DNA of 64,000 nucleotides. It comes from Candidatus Multivorans sp. (GTDB lineage: Bacteria > Acidobacteriota > Thermoanaerobaculia > Multivoradales > Multivoraceae). Of the stretch, positions 28,477 through 40,000 are shown piece by piece (position 1 is the stretch's first letter; each line of letters begins with the position of its first letter). The DNA is taken from NCBI GenBank assembly GCA_965224025.1, contig OZ245033.1, positions 3,680,001-3,744,000 on the forward strand, given 5' to 3'. Made by a program: the position numbers and the translations under genes. The notes beneath the pieces were generated by a model. That model made no database searches. It was not told the DNA's origin and was given only the letters and a program-made list of their open reading frames with translations.

Positions 28477-30230
28477 TCGTCGCCCGCATTGCACTGCTTG
28501 CGCTCGTTGTCGCGAACTGCGCGGAACGCCCCGGGGTGGCGCCGAGCCGTGAACCGTCGACGGCAGAACGGCCGGCCACGCCTGCTGCCTTCGAAGAGCG
28601 CGCCGCGGAGGTGGGTCTCCTTTTTGACCACGTGAATGGCGGCGCCGGCCGATACCTGCTGCCCGAGATCATGGGCTCGGGCGCCGCCCTCTTCGACTTC
28701 GATGGCGACAGCGACCTGGACGCGTTCCTGGTGCAGGGGTCCAGCCTGGAGCCGGGCGCGGGCAACGGCGCCTCGGACTCCCCCGCGCGCGATCGACTGT
28801 TCCGGAACGAACTCGCGGAGAGCGGCGATCTCCGCTTCGTCGACGTGACCGCTGACTCGGGCATCGACTCCGCCGGCTACGGCATGGGCGTCGCCGCGGC
28901 GGACTACGACGGCGACGGCCAGACTGACCTCTACGTGACGAACTTTGGGCCGAACCGGCTCTGGCGCAACCTCGGCGGCGGCCACTTCGAGGACGCGACG
29001 CAGGCCGCCGGCGCCGACGATCCCAGGTGGAGCGTACCGGCTGCCTTCTTCGACTACGACGGCGACGGCGCCCTGGACCTGTTCGTCGGCAACTACGTGG
29101 ACTTCAATCTCGGCAGCCACACGCTGTGCACCTTCGGCAGCGGCGAGCCAGACTACTGCAGCCCGAAGACGTATCGAGCGGAGCCGGACCGTCTGCTCAG
29201 GAATCTCGACAACGGGAGCTTCCAAGACATCACGGACCGGGCTGGCATCGCACCCGAGTTCGGCAACGGGCTCGGCGCCGTGCCGGCCGACTTCGATCTC
29301 GACGGCCGGCTCGACCTCTACGTCGCCAACGACGGCACGCCGAACCAGATGTGGATGAACCGTGGCGGCGGCCGCTTCGAGAACCGGGCCCTGTTCGCCG
29401 GTTCGGCGGTCAACGGCCGCGGCCAAGCCGAAGCCGGGATGGGCGTCGATGCCGGCGACCTGGACGGCGACGGCGACGAGGACCTCTACGTGACCCACAT
29501 CACCGGCGAGACGAGCACCCTCTACCTGAACGACGGCGGCGGTCTGTTCTCGGACGCCGGCATGGTCGCCGGACTCGACACGCCCAGCCTGACGATGACC
29601 GGCTTCGGCGCCGGCTGGTTCGACTTCGACAACGACGGCGACCTGGACCTGCTGGCCGTCAACGGCGCCGTGCGCCGCCTCGACCGCGCCCGCACCGGCG
29701 CTGAGGCCGCCGCGCGGGCGGCCGCGGCAACCGACCACGAACGCCGCTTCGGACAGCCGGACCAGCTCTTCCGCAACCTCGGGGACGGCCGCTTCGAGGA
29801 CGCATCAGCGCTTGGAGGCGTTTCCTTCACCGCCTACGAAGTGTCCCGCGGCGCCGCCTTCGGCGACGTGGACAACGATGGCGATACGGACGTCCTGATC
29901 TCGAACAACAACGGACCGGTCCGGCTGCTGGTGAACGTCGCCGGCCAGGACAGTGCATGGATCGGCCTGCGGCTCGTGACCGCGGACGGCAAGCGGGACG
30001 CTCTGGGCAGCCTGGTCCGCGTCGCATTGGATGGCGGCCGGACGATCACCCGCCGCGTCCGCGCACAGGGGAGCTACGCCTCCTCAAGCGATCCGAGAGT
30101 CCTGGTCGGACTCGGCGATGCCGGCATCGAGGATGTTCGGGTGACTTGGCTCGGCGGCGGCGAGGAGGCGTTCGGCCCACTCTCGCCCAGGACCTACCAC
30201 GAACTGCGCGAGGGACAGGGCGGGCAGTGA
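28473..30230 (+). CDS. CRTAC1-family protein (FG-GAP + ASPIC/UnbV), probable lipoprotein
   Basis: ATG overlaps the upstream stop (ATGA). LVVANC lipobox-like, EIMGSGAALFDFDGD, SRGAAFGDVDNDGD, GSYASSSDPRVLVGLG. Confidence 0.9.
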   Translation: MIVARIALLALVVANCAERPGVAPSREPSTAERPATPAAFEERAAEVGLLFDHVNGGAGRYLLPEIMGSGAALFDFDGDSDLDAFLVQGSSLEPGAGNGASDSPARDRLFRNELAESGDLRFVDVTADSGIDSAGYGMGVAAADYDGDGQTDLYVTNFGPNRLWRNLGGGHFEDATQAAGADDPRWSVPAAFFDYDGDGALDLFVGNYVDFNLGSHTLCTFGSGEPDYCSPKTYRAEPDRLLRNLDNGSFQDITDRAGIAPEFGNGLGAVPADFDLDGRLDLYVANDGTPNQMWMNRGGGRFENRALFAGSAVNGRGQAEAGMGVDAGDLDGDGDEDLYVTHITGETSTLYLNDGGGLFSDAGMVAGLDTPSLTMTGFGAGWFDFDNDGDLDLLAVNGAVRRLDRARTGAEAAARAAAATDHERRFGQPDQLFRNLGDGRFEDASALGGVSFTAYEVSRGAAFGDVDNDGDTDVLISNNNGPVRLLVNVAGQDSAWIGLRLVTADGKRDALGSLVRVALDGGRTITRRVRAQGSYASSSDPRVLVGLGDAGIEDVRVTWLGGGEEAFGPLSPRTYHELREGQGGQ

Positions 30231-31990
30231 CTGCCGCACGGACCCGGTATCGGGCGCCACGAGGCTCACTCGCCACGCTCGCCGCGGCCCTGCTGGCCTG
30301 CACAGGCGGCGAGCGGCTTCCGCTACCCTCCAGCTACGAACCGCACGACCCGACGGTCCGTTCACAGATCGCAAGCCTCGAGCAGCGCGTCCGCACCCTC
30401 GAAGCGGACGAAGCAACCGGCGCCGAACTGGCAATCGCGGTCGGCGAACTCGGCAAGCTCTACCACGGCCTGCAACTACTGGACACCCATGCATTCATCG
30501 CGCTCCAGGCCGCCGAAGACTGCTACCGGGAAGCGAGCCGGCTGGACCCGACCGATCATCGCTGGCCGTACCTGACCGCCTTCGCCAGCCAGACAGCCGG
30601 CGATCTCGAAGCGGCAGCCACCGCCTATCGTGCGGCGATCGCGATCGAGCCCGACCTGCTCCCGGCCCTGCATCGCCTTGCCGAAGCCGAGGCCGCGCGC
30701 GGCCGAGCCGAAGCAGCCACCGAGCTCTGGAACCGCGCCCTCGAGGTCCAGCCCGGGTTCGCTCCCGCGCTCTACGGCCTCGGCGCCCTGGCGCTCGACC
30801 GCGGCGACGCCGAGAGCGCAATCGGCTACTTCGCGCGAGCGCTCGCCGCCGAACCCGGCGCGGGCCGCGGTCACTACTCGCTCGGCATGGCGTACCGCCG
30901 CCTGGGCGACGAGGAGCGAGCGGCCACCCACCTGGCCCAGGCGAGCCACATGGACTTCACTCTGGACGATCCCCTTGTCCGCGAACTCGCCTACCTGCCC
31001 ACCGGCAGCACCGCCCTGGTCCAGCAGGGCCTGATCGCGGTCAACGCGGGCGAGTTCGCCGCCGCGGCAACGCTCTTCGGCCGCGCCGTCGAAGCCGATC
31101 CCACGAACCTGGAGGCGCGCCAACACCTGGCTCTGGCCCATGTCGACGCCGGCCAGTTCGACCAGGCCCAGACAGCCTACGAAGAGCTCCTGGCGCTCGA
31201 TCCCGACTCCGCTTCGGCCCACTTCGAACTGGCCCAACTCCACGCCGGCCTCGGTCGTCCGCTGGAAGCGATCCGCCACCTGACCGCGGCAACCGATCTG
31301 GCACCCGACTACAAGCAGGCCCACTACCAGCTCGCGCTGCTCCTCGAACGCACCGGCCGACCCCGCGAAGCGCTGGAGCGGTATGAGCGGGTGCTGTTGC
31401 TCGACTCGAGCTACGCCGGGGCGCCGACACGGCGAGCCGGCGCCCTCGCCGCCGCCGGCCGCCCCGCCGATGCTCTGGAGATCCTGGAGGCACGGATCGC
31501 CGAGGCGTCCTCGGACGGCGCCGCCCTGCACGCCCTGAGCGTCGTCCTGCGGCAGCAGAACCGGCTGCAGGAGGCCCGGGCTGCGCTGGAGCGCGGTCTC
31601 GCGTCCGGCCGGTTCGCCGCCCCCGACGAGGCGCGGCTGCGGACCGAACTCGGCGGCATCTTCGCCATCCAAGGCCAACTCCGACCAGCCCTGACCCACC
31701 TCCAGGCCGCGGGGCGCCTCGACCCGGCCCAGGCCGAGACCAGCTTCCTCCTCGGCATGGTCCAGGCCGACCTGGGCCGCACCGAGGAAGCCGCCCGGGC
31801 CTTGGCAACCGCACTCGCGATCCGTCCAGATCTCACTGCGGCCCGGGTTCGCCTCTCGTTCGTCATGGCCCAGAGCGACCGCTGTGAAGAGGCCTTGGCA
31901 CTCCTCGAAGACGGCCGGCGCTTTGCCGCAGGCGACCCCTCGTTTGCCCAGGCGCTGCAACAACTTCGGACAGTCTGCGCGCGACGGTAG
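30227..31990 (+). CDS. Tetratricopeptide-repeat protein, probable lipoprotein
   Basis: GTGA overlap with the upstream gene, ALLAC lipobox, many TPRs. Similar in layout to 7234-9078 (shared DPL linker). Confidence 0.85.
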   Translation: MTAARTRYRAPRGSLATLAAALLACTGGERLPLPSSYEPHDPTVRSQIASLEQRVRTLEADEATGAELAIAVGELGKLYHGLQLLDTHAFIALQAAEDCYREASRLDPTDHRWPYLTAFASQTAGDLEAAATAYRAAIAIEPDLLPALHRLAEAEAARGRAEAATELWNRALEVQPGFAPALYGLGALALDRGDAESAIGYFARALAAEPGAGRGHYSLGMAYRRLGDEERAATHLAQASHMDFTLDDPLVRELAYLPTGSTALVQQGLIAVNAGEFAAAATLFGRAVEADPTNLEARQHLALAHVDAGQFDQAQTAYEELLALDPDSASAHFELAQLHAGLGRPLEAIRHLTAATDLAPDYKQAHYQLALLLERTGRPREALERYERVLLLDSSYAGAPTRRAGALAAAGRPADALEILEARIAEASSDGAALHALSVVLRQQNRLQEARAALERGLASGRFAAPDEARLRTELGGIFAIQGQLRPALTHLQAAGRLDPAQAETSFLLGMVQADLGRTEEAARALATALAIRPDLTAARVRLSFVMAQSDRCEEALALLEDGRRFAAGDPSFAQALQQLRTVCARR

Positions 31991-32002
31991 TTCCGAGGCT
32001 TT

Positions 32003-32040
32003 GGCTCGGGCTCGCCGCTTCGCGGCATCGCGCTTGATGC
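32003..32040. repeat. 38-bp dispersed repeat, family C
   Basis: Reverse complement of 47811-47848 with one mismatch. Confidence 0.7.
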
Positions 32041-32081
32041 CAGTCAGCCGGGACGTCGGCCGGCCGACGCCGCAGACCCAG

Positions 32082-32975
32082 TCAGCCGAAGACGATCGCG
32101 CGATTGTCGACGACCAGAACGCGGTGTTCGAGGTGGGCCTGGACGGCGCGGGCCAGGACGACCCGTTCGAGGTCCCTGCCCCGGCGCACGAGGGTGGTCA
32201 CCGAGTCGCGGTGGCTGACCCGGGTGACGTCCTGCTCAATGATCGGTCCCTGGTCGAGCTCGGCGGTTGCGTAGTGGGCGGTGGCCCCAACGACCTTGAC
32301 CCCGCGCAGGTAGGCCTGACGGTACGGGCCGCCGCCGGGAAACGCCGGCAGGAACGAGTGGTGGATGTTGATCACCCGGTTCGGGTAGCACTCCAGGAAG
32401 CGCGGGGTGAGGATCTGCATGTACCGTGCGAGCACGACCAGGTCGACCCGCGCTTCGTCCAGGATCCCGATCATCTGTTCTTCCTGCTCGCTGCGCGTCT
32501 CGCGCGTTACGGGCAGGTGGTGGTACGCGAGACCGTTGTACTCGGCCTCCGCCGCATGGTCCGGGTGGTTGCTGATGATGCAGACGGGTCGCCCCGGCAA
32601 CTCGCCGAGCCGCCAGCGCGACAGCAGATCGTGCAGGCAGTGCGCCTGTTTCGAGGCCAGCACGCCCACCCGCTGCTCCTCGTCCGAGAAGGCCATCCGA
32701 CTCCTGACCGAGAAGTGATCGCCAATCTCCCACTCGAGCAGCGGCTGGATCGTCTCCCGGTCAAGGTCGAAGTGGTCGATGGCGAACTCCAAACGCTGGA
32801 AGAACTTGCCCTGCTCCTCGTCCCGGTGCGTCTCGGACGAGCAGATGATGCCCCCGTGATCGTTCACGAATCCGGTCACGGTCGCGATGATCCCGATCGC
32901 GTCGTCGCAGCTCAGCAGCAGGGTCGCGGCTACGTCGTGCGACGACTGCTGGGCGCCGTGTCTGTGCTGGGCCAA
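32082..32975 (-). CDS. purU: Formyltetrahydrofolate deformylase
   Basis: N-terminal ACT (SCDDAIGIIA), SKQAHCL.DLL, VLARYMQIL, INIHHSFLPAF.G..PY.QA, LDQGPIIEQD. Confidence 0.95.
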   Translation of the reverse strand: MAQHRHGAQQSSHDVAATLLLSCDDAIGIIATVTGFVNDHGGIICSSETHRDEEQGKFFQRLEFAIDHFDLDRETIQPLLEWEIGDHFSVRSRMAFSDEEQRVGVLASKQAHCLHDLLSRWRLGELPGRPVCIISNHPDHAAEAEYNGLAYHHLPVTRETRSEQEEQMIGILDEARVDLVVLARYMQILTPRFLECYPNRVINIHHSFLPAFPGGGPYRQAYLRGVKVVGATAHYATAELDQGPIIEQDVTRVSHRDSVTTLVRRGRDLERVVLARAVQAHLEHRVLVVDNRAIVFG

Positions 32976-33064
32976 ATCGTGACGGAGTCTACATGCGGCG
33001 CGAGGCGCGGCACTCCGTCCACGGGCAGGCTCACGCGCCGCCGGGCGCCGATGCCCAACGCGGT

Positions 33065-35410
33065 ATGATCACCCGCAGCATGCCTGCATCGGCGCACCGG
33101 ACGCGGCCCGTCGCCAGTACGTGTGCGTCACTGGCGCTGGCCCTCTTGACGTCAGCATCTGCGGGCGCCCAGACAGCACAAACACCGGCCGACGGCATCA
33201 AGCTGTTTGAAGAAAACGTCCTGCCGGTGCTGGAGCAGAACTGCTTCATGTGCCACTCGGACCCGGACCGCGCCGAGAACGGCTTCCTGCTCACCACCAG
33301 GGCAGGTCTGTTGCGCGGCGGCGAAAGGGGCCCGGCGATCTCCACCTCCGAGCCCGCCCTGAGCCTGTTGCTCGATGCGGTCGAGTACCACAACGACCAG
33401 TTGCAGATGCCGCCCTCGGGTCGGCTCGCCGACACCGACATCGAGGCGATCCGGCAATGGGTTCAGCTCGGTGCGCCGTTCGGCGGCGACGAGGACGACC
33501 TCACGGAACTTGCGCCCGCCGGGGACGAGTTCCAAATCACCGATGCCGACCGCGCATGGTGGTCCGTGCGACCGCTCGTGCGCCCTGATGTCCCCGCGGT
33601 GGCGGACTCGGACTGGCCTCTCAACCCGATCGACAACTTCCTGCTCGCCCGGATCGAGGCGGCCGACCTCGAGCCGCCGCCAGCCGCCGCACGTCGCGCC
33701 CTGATCCGGCGCGCGAGCTACGACCTCACCGGGCTGCCGCCGACTCTCGAGGAGGTCGAGGCCTTCGAGCAGGACCAGCGCCCCGACGCCTGGGAACGCC
33801 TCATCGACCGTCTGCTGGAATCGCCCCACTACGGCGAGCGCTGGGGCCGGCACTGGCTCGACCTCGTCCGCTACGCCGAGACCGACGGCTACGAGCGGGA
33901 CCGAAAGAAGCCCTCGGCCTGGCGCTACCGCGACTGGGTGATCGATGCGCTCAACGCGGACATGCCGTACAACGAGTTCCTGACCTATCAGCTCGCCGGC
34001 GACGAGATCGACCACCCCACCGCCGCGTCGATCATCGCCACCGGCTATCTGCGGCTCGGTATCTGGGACGACGAGCCCACGGACACCGCGCTCGCCCAGT
34101 ACGACGATCTCGACTCGGTCCTCGATACGACCTCCCGGGTGATGCTCGGCATGTCGATCGGCTGCGCCCGCTGCCACAACCACCGCGGCGACCCGATTCC
34201 GCAGACCGACTACTACCGGATGCTGTCGTTCTTCCGAGGCATCGCGCCCTACAAGGTCGGCGGCGGCAACCAGCCGACTCCCGAGAACTACACGGACTGG
34301 ATCCCGGCGAACCTTGGGACGACGGACGACTCGAGCCTGCCAGTGGATTGGGGGCCGGCGAACCTCATCGAGGTCCTGCGGGTCAAGGAGGTTGGACCCG
34401 AGGCGCCGCCCACCCATGTGCTCATCCGCGGCAACCCGCACGCGCCGGCGGAACGGGTCGAGCCCGGGTTCCCGCTCATCCTGGGCAACGCGGATCCGGG
34501 CCTTGCCGAGCGCGCCGCCGACTCGGCCACCACGGGCCGCCGCCGCGCCCTGGCCCGTTGGATCGCCGACGACGGCAACCTGCGCACCTCCCGCGTGATG
34601 GCCAACCGCCTGTGGCAGTACCACTTCGGCCGCGGGCTGTCGCCGACGCCGAACGACTTTGGACGCTTCGGGCAGGAGGCGACCCAACCCGAGTTGCTCG
34701 ACTGGCTGGCGACCGAGTTCGTGGCCAGGAACTGGAGCCTCAAGGCGATGCACCGGCTCATGATGACCAGCCGTGCCTACCAGATGTCCTCGCGCCCGCC
34801 CGCCGGAGCACTCGAAGCCGATCCCGGCAACGACCTGTTCAGCCGCTTCAACATGAGACGGCTGACCGCCGAGGAGATTCGGGACTCCGTCCTTGCGGCG
34901 ACCGGGCGGCTCAACCTCGAGTTCGGCGGCCCCAGCGTCTACCCGCCGATGCCGGCAGAGGTTCTCGCCACCGCTTCGCAGCCCGACCAGGCCTGGGGCG
35001 ACGCGACTCCCGAACAGGCCTCGCGGCGCAGCATCTACATCCATGTCAAGCGTTCCCTGCTGCATCCATTGCTCGAGAGCCTGGACTTCGCCGACACCGA
35101 CTCCACCTGCCCCGTACGCTTCACGACCACCCAGCCGACCCAGGCGCTGATGATGCTCAACGGGGCCTTCATGGGCGAACAGGCGGCGGCTCTGGCGGAG
35201 CGGGTGGCTGGTGACGCGGGGACGATCGAGGAGCGCGTCGCCGGCGCGCTGGAACGCGTGCTTGCGCGCCGGCCGCGGACCGCGGAGATCGCCCGCGGCG
35301 TCGGCCTGATCGAGGAACTCAAGCGTGAAGAGGGCTTCACTCCCGACGCCGCGTTTGCCAGTCTCTCCCTTCTGTTGTTGAATCTGAACGAGTTCGTCTA
35401 CCTCGACTAA
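33065..35410 (+). CDS. Planctomycete-type cytochrome c (PSCyt1) + DUF1549 + DUF1553 protein
   Basis: CFMCH, MPP, NPIDNF, LIRRASYDLTGLPP, YGERWGRHWLD, CARCHNH, ANRLWQYHFGRG, RRSIY, QALMMLN. Start is 33065 or 33080. Confidence 0.9.
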   Translation: MITRSMPASAHRTRPVASTCASLALALLTSASAGAQTAQTPADGIKLFEENVLPVLEQNCFMCHSDPDRAENGFLLTTRAGLLRGGERGPAISTSEPALSLLLDAVEYHNDQLQMPPSGRLADTDIEAIRQWVQLGAPFGGDEDDLTELAPAGDEFQITDADRAWWSVRPLVRPDVPAVADSDWPLNPIDNFLLARIEAADLEPPPAAARRALIRRASYDLTGLPPTLEEVEAFEQDQRPDAWERLIDRLLESPHYGERWGRHWLDLVRYAETDGYERDRKKPSAWRYRDWVIDALNADMPYNEFLTYQLAGDEIDHPTAASIIATGYLRLGIWDDEPTDTALAQYDDLDSVLDTTSRVMLGMSIGCARCHNHRGDPIPQTDYYRMLSFFRGIAPYKVGGGNQPTPENYTDWIPANLGTTDDSSLPVDWGPANLIEVLRVKEVGPEAPPTHVLIRGNPHAPAERVEPGFPLILGNADPGLAERAADSATTGRRRALARWIADDGNLRTSRVMANRLWQYHFGRGLSPTPNDFGRFGQEATQPELLDWLATEFVARNWSLKAMHRLMMTSRAYQMSSRPPAGALEADPGNDLFSRFNMRRLTAEEIRDSVLAATGRLNLEFGGPSVYPPMPAEVLATASQPDQAWGDATPEQASRRSIYIHVKRSLLHPLLESLDFADTDSTCPVRFTTTQPTQALMMLNGAFMGEQAAALAERVAGDAGTIEERVAGALERVLARRPRTAEIARGVGLIEELKREEGFTPDAAFASLSLLLLNLNEFVYLD

Positions 35411-35426
35411 GCTGAGGAGCAGAACG

Positions 35427-36905
35427 ATGACCCACGACGCTGATCGACCTCGCAACACCTTCTGCGGTCAAACCCGGCGCGAGTTCCTCTGGGAGGCCGG
35501 TGGCGCCTTCACCTCCGTGGCTCTGGCGACCATGCTGTCCAACGACAATTTCCTCGCCGCCCAGACCGTCGCCGCCGACGGCGCCACCGAGTGGAAGAAC
35601 CCCCTGGCCGCCAGACCGCCCCACTTCGACGGCCCGGCCAAGGCGGTCATCTTCCTGTTCATGTACGGCGGGCCCAGCCAGGTCGACACCTTCGACTACA
35701 AGCCGGACCTCTATCCCTTGGACGGCAAGACGATCGAGATCAGGACCAAGGGCCGCGGCGGCTCGCGGAACCAGGGCCGCGTCGTCGGACCGAAGTGGAA
35801 GTTCAAGCAGTACGGCGAGTGCGGCAAGTGGGTTTCCGACCTGTTCCCTCACATCGGCGGCTGCGTCGACGACATCGCCTTCATCCATTCGATGACCGCG
35901 GACGCGCCGCTTCACGGCTCGGCGATGCTGCAGATGAACAGCGGCCGCATCCTCTCCGGCAGTCCGGCCCTCGGTTCGTGGGTGAACTACGGTCTCGGCA
36001 CCGAGAACGAGAACCTGCCCGGCTTCGTCGTCATGCTCGACCCGACCGGCGGCCCGATCAGCGGCGCCAAGAACTGGTCCAGCGGCTACATGCCGGCCAG
36101 CTACCAGGGCACGGTGATCCGTTCAAGCGGCACGCCGATCCTGTCTCTCGATCCGCCGGCGGGAATGTCGCGCCAGGCGCAGCGCCGGCTGCTCGACCGC
36201 CTGCGCGAGTACAACGAGGAGCACGCCGCGCCCCGTGCCGAGAACAGCGAACTGGCCGCCCGCATCGCCAGCTACGAACTCGCCTACCGGATGCAGCAGC
36301 ACGCGCCCGAAGCGGTCGATCTGTCCGGCGAGTCGGAGGAGATCCGGAACCTCTACGGTCTCGACCAGGACCGCACGAAGGACTTCGGCCGCCGCTGCCT
36401 GCTGGCCCGCCGCCTGGTCGAGCGCGGCGTGCGGTTCGTTCAGGTCTACTCGGGCGGCAACCACAACGACAACAACTGGGACGCCCACGGCGATCTGGTC
36501 AAGAACCACGAGTACCACGCCGGCGCCACGGACTTACCCGTCGCCGGTCTGCTGCGCGACCTGAAGCAGCGCGGCCTGCTCGACAGCACACTGGTCATCT
36601 GGGGTGGCGAGTTCGGCCGTCAGCCCACCGCAGAGTACGCCGAAGGCACCGGACGCGATCACAACGCCTATGGCTTCACCATGTGGATGGCCGGCGGCGG
36701 TATTGCGGGCGGCGCCAGCGTCGGCGAGACGGACGAACTCGGCAACCGGGCCGAGGTGGACCGCTTACACGTCAAGAACCTGCACGCGACCGTCCTGCAG
36801 CAACTCGGTCTCGACCCCAACGCTTTGTCGTACTTCCACGCCGGCCTCGACCAGAAGCTCGTCGGCGTCGAAGGCGCGAAGCCGATCCACCAGATCGTCG
36901 CTTAG
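35427..36905 (+). CDS. DUF1501-family protein (Tat signal)
   Basis: TRREFL, VIFLFMYGGPSQVDTFDYKP, LARRLVERGVRFVQ, WGGEFGRQP, GRDHN. Canonical partner of the upstream gene. Confidence 0.9.
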   Translation: MTHDADRPRNTFCGQTRREFLWEAGGAFTSVALATMLSNDNFLAAQTVAADGATEWKNPLAARPPHFDGPAKAVIFLFMYGGPSQVDTFDYKPDLYPLDGKTIEIRTKGRGGSRNQGRVVGPKWKFKQYGECGKWVSDLFPHIGGCVDDIAFIHSMTADAPLHGSAMLQMNSGRILSGSPALGSWVNYGLGTENENLPGFVVMLDPTGGPISGAKNWSSGYMPASYQGTVIRSSGTPILSLDPPAGMSRQAQRRLLDRLREYNEEHAAPRAENSELAARIASYELAYRMQQHAPEAVDLSGESEEIRNLYGLDQDRTKDFGRRCLLARRLVERGVRFVQVYSGGNHNDNNWDAHGDLVKNHEYHAGATDLPVAGLLRDLKQRGLLDSTLVIWGGEFGRQPTAEYAEGTGRDHNAYGFTMWMAGGGIAGGASVGETDELGNRAEVDRLHVKNLHATVLQQLGLDPNALSYFHAGLDQKLVGVEGAKPIHQIVA

Positions 36906-37078
36906 GCTGTGGCGTTCCCGGGACGTCGCTGGCGTCACCCGCCTGCGCGGAGGACGGGCGGACACAGGTTGGCGACCGCGAGATCAGGGGTCTCTCATAG
37001 GGGATCCGGATTGGGGTGCATTGTCGGCGTAGAGTCAGCCGCGATGGCGTCCGTCTTGCATTGCCAAGGCCCCGACTC

Positions 37079-40000
37079 ATGTTGAGGTGCAGTAGATGGC
37101 CGGCTACGACTCTGTTGTGGGTGTGCGCAGCTAGCGCGGCGTTGGCACAGCAGACCATGACCTTCGAGGCGGAGGGCGCCTCTGAGGCCGACCTGAACGG
37201 GCAACTGGAACTTCGGGTAGACGGAACGCCGGTCGAGATCGAGAGCGTCAGGGCGGCCGAAGATGGCTGGCAGACGCTGGTCTACATTGACTTCGCGCTG
37301 ACCACGCCAAGCTCGATTCATCAACTGGCGAACTCTCTGCTCGACCAGATCGAGGCGCTGCTGGCCCTCGGCAGCCTGGAGATCGTGGTGGCGGACCCGG
37401 CGGCTCGCACGATCCTGCCGCCGACCCGGGACCTCGAGTTGGCCGAAGCGGCGCTGAGCCGGCTGGCCACGAGCGAGGAGGCCGCGAGCGCGCTGGTCGA
37501 GAGACGCCGCCTGTTCGCCAGCGAACGGCAGATCGAAATCTCGCGAGCCCGGCAGCCGCAGACCGCAGCCGGCAGCGACAGGACCGTCGAGCTCGAGACC
37601 GTGCTCGAGCAGATGGCCACGAACGCACTCCGTGACGAGGCGGCGATGCGGAGCAACCAGATCGACGAACTCGTCGGGTTTCTCGCCGACCGCGAGGATC
37701 TGAGGCGGGACGAACCATGGGCCGGTGAGCAGGACGATGAAGATGTACCTGGCAACGCCGGCGAAGAGGAGAGCGGAACCCTGAACGCGCGGCGGCATCT
37801 GGTTCTGCTCAGCGATGGCCTGGTCACCGATCCGCTGAGCTACTACCTGGAACTTGTGCCGACCGCCGGCTCGCTCGCGGTGGAGGCGGCCGGCATGCCG
37901 GGACTCCGGCCCGTTGGGCGTACCGCGGCGGCCTTCGGCTGGATCGCCGCGCCGGTTGCCTTCGCCCCCGAGGACGAGGGCGACGGCGTCGACGTCCGTT
38001 CGAACGAGGTCACGGTCGGTTTCACGCTCCGCTTCGGCCAGCCCCGGTCCGGTGCGCGGCAGACTGTCGAGGAGGAGCTCGGGCTCTTCCTCCAGCCGTC
38101 GGAATGGGACGTGGCGGCCACGGCCACGGGCGGCGAGGTGCTCTCGAACGGTATGGAGATCGCCGACTGGATCGAGCGGCTTCCCCGCCGCTTCGAGGCG
38201 AGGTTCCGGCTTCCGGACGGCGTGGCAGCCGCCGGTCCGCTCGATCTGCGGTCGCGAGACGAAGAGCGCGAACTCCGTGCGCCGACCGTGGTTCCCGGCG
38301 CGGGCTCGCCGGACGAAGTGGCCGAGGTGCGGCTGCGGCGCGCCTTCGAGGGTGATCTGGACAGCGAGTTCGAGGGCGGAGGCAATAGCGGTATCGAAGT
38401 CGTCGCTTCGATTCAGATCGAGTCCACGTCGCCCGAGCGCACGGTCGGACGCGTGACCAGCATCATCGTGCCGGCCGCCGGCGCACCGCCGGGCGATGCC
38501 GCATCGTGGCGGGTCAGCACCGGACTCCACCGCGAGGACGGCAGCGTGATCACGAGTCATGGCCGGCCCTTCGCGCCGCCGGACGAGGAACACCTTTCAT
38601 TCGAGCGGCCGCTCCAGCTCCCGCCCGGCACCGACTCCGCGATCGTGCTGGCCGAGAACCTCGCCTCCGGGCGCTGGGGCTATGCCCTGGTCGACTTCGT
38701 CGACCTGGCGGACCTGAGAGAGGAGGCCGAGGCCCGTACCCTCTCGCGCGCGATCGATCTGAGGCCCGAGGATCCGAATGACCGGCGCGGTCGGGTCGCC
38801 TTCCTGGCCGAAGTGCAGGAAGGGTTCACCGACCGCGTGCAGCGGGTCGTCTTCTACTACAACGGCCGGCGCGTCGCCGCCCGCAACCGGGCGCCGTACC
38901 GGGCCCGCATCGATCTCGGACGGGGTGACCGGCTCGGCCGGGTCGAGGCCGTGGCCTTCGACGCCGAGGACCGGGAGCTCGACCGCCACGAGCTGCTCGT
39001 CAACCAGCCCCCGCACGCGTTCTGGGTGCGCATTACCGAACCCGAGGGCGGTCCCCATGCCGGCCCCGTCGACGTTGCCGCCGAGGTCAAGGCGCCGCGC
39101 GGCAGCCGGCTCGCCGAGATGCGCTTCTTCGTCAAGGACCGGCTGGCGGCGACTGCCCGGGAAGAACCGTTCCGCCGCGAAGTGCTGGTGCCGGTGGGCG
39201 ACCCGGAGACTTTCCTCCGGGTCGAGGCCCAGTTGCTGGACGGCCGCATCGCGGAGGACGTCGTCTTCCTCAACCGACCCGGCCTCTCGGCCCGTATCGG
39301 CGTCGAACTGGTGCAGCTCTACGTCGTCGCCACGGACCGTTCCGGACAACCGGTGCGGGATCTGTCCGCCGCCGACTTCTCCGTCTTCGAGGACGACCGC
39401 GCCCAGGAACTGGAATCGTTCCGGGTCGCCTTCGACCTTCCCCTGACCCTGGGCCTGGCCATCGACACCTCGAGCAGCCTGTTCCTGCGCATGCCCGACG
39501 TGAAACGCGCCGCAACCGCGTTCCTCGACTCGCTGCAGGCCAGCCGGGACCGGGCCTTCCTGGTCGGCTTCGGTACCGAACCTCGCCTGGTTCGCGCCGC
39601 CACGTACAACCTGAACGCGGTGCGCGGCGGTATCGGTTCGCTTCGGCCGCGAGGCCGCACCGCGGTGTGGGGCGCGCTTTCCCTGGCCCTGGACCAGCTC
39701 GCGGGCCTGCGGGGGCGCAAGGCCCTGGTCGTCTTCTACGACGGAGACGACGAGGACTCCGACGCCGCCTTCAGGCAGAGCCTGGAGCAGGCCCGGCGCG
39801 CCCGTGTTCCCGTTTACCTCGTGCTGATGAACGACGAGGCGGCGCGCACGGACGGGCGCAGCTTCAGTACCCGCACCTTCGTCAGCAAGCTCGAACGGAT
39901 GGCGAAGGCCGGGGGCGGCCGCGTCTACTACGTGCGTCACGACCAGGACCTGGCGCCGATCTTCGACTCGATCCGTCGCGAGCTCCGGAGCCACTACCTG

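Noticed and set aside
33065-36905. PSCyt/DUF1549/DUF1553 + DUF1501 pair as a novel system
   Set aside because: Function is unknown, but the pairing is already well known and widespread in Planctomycetes, Verrucomicrobia and Acidobacteria.
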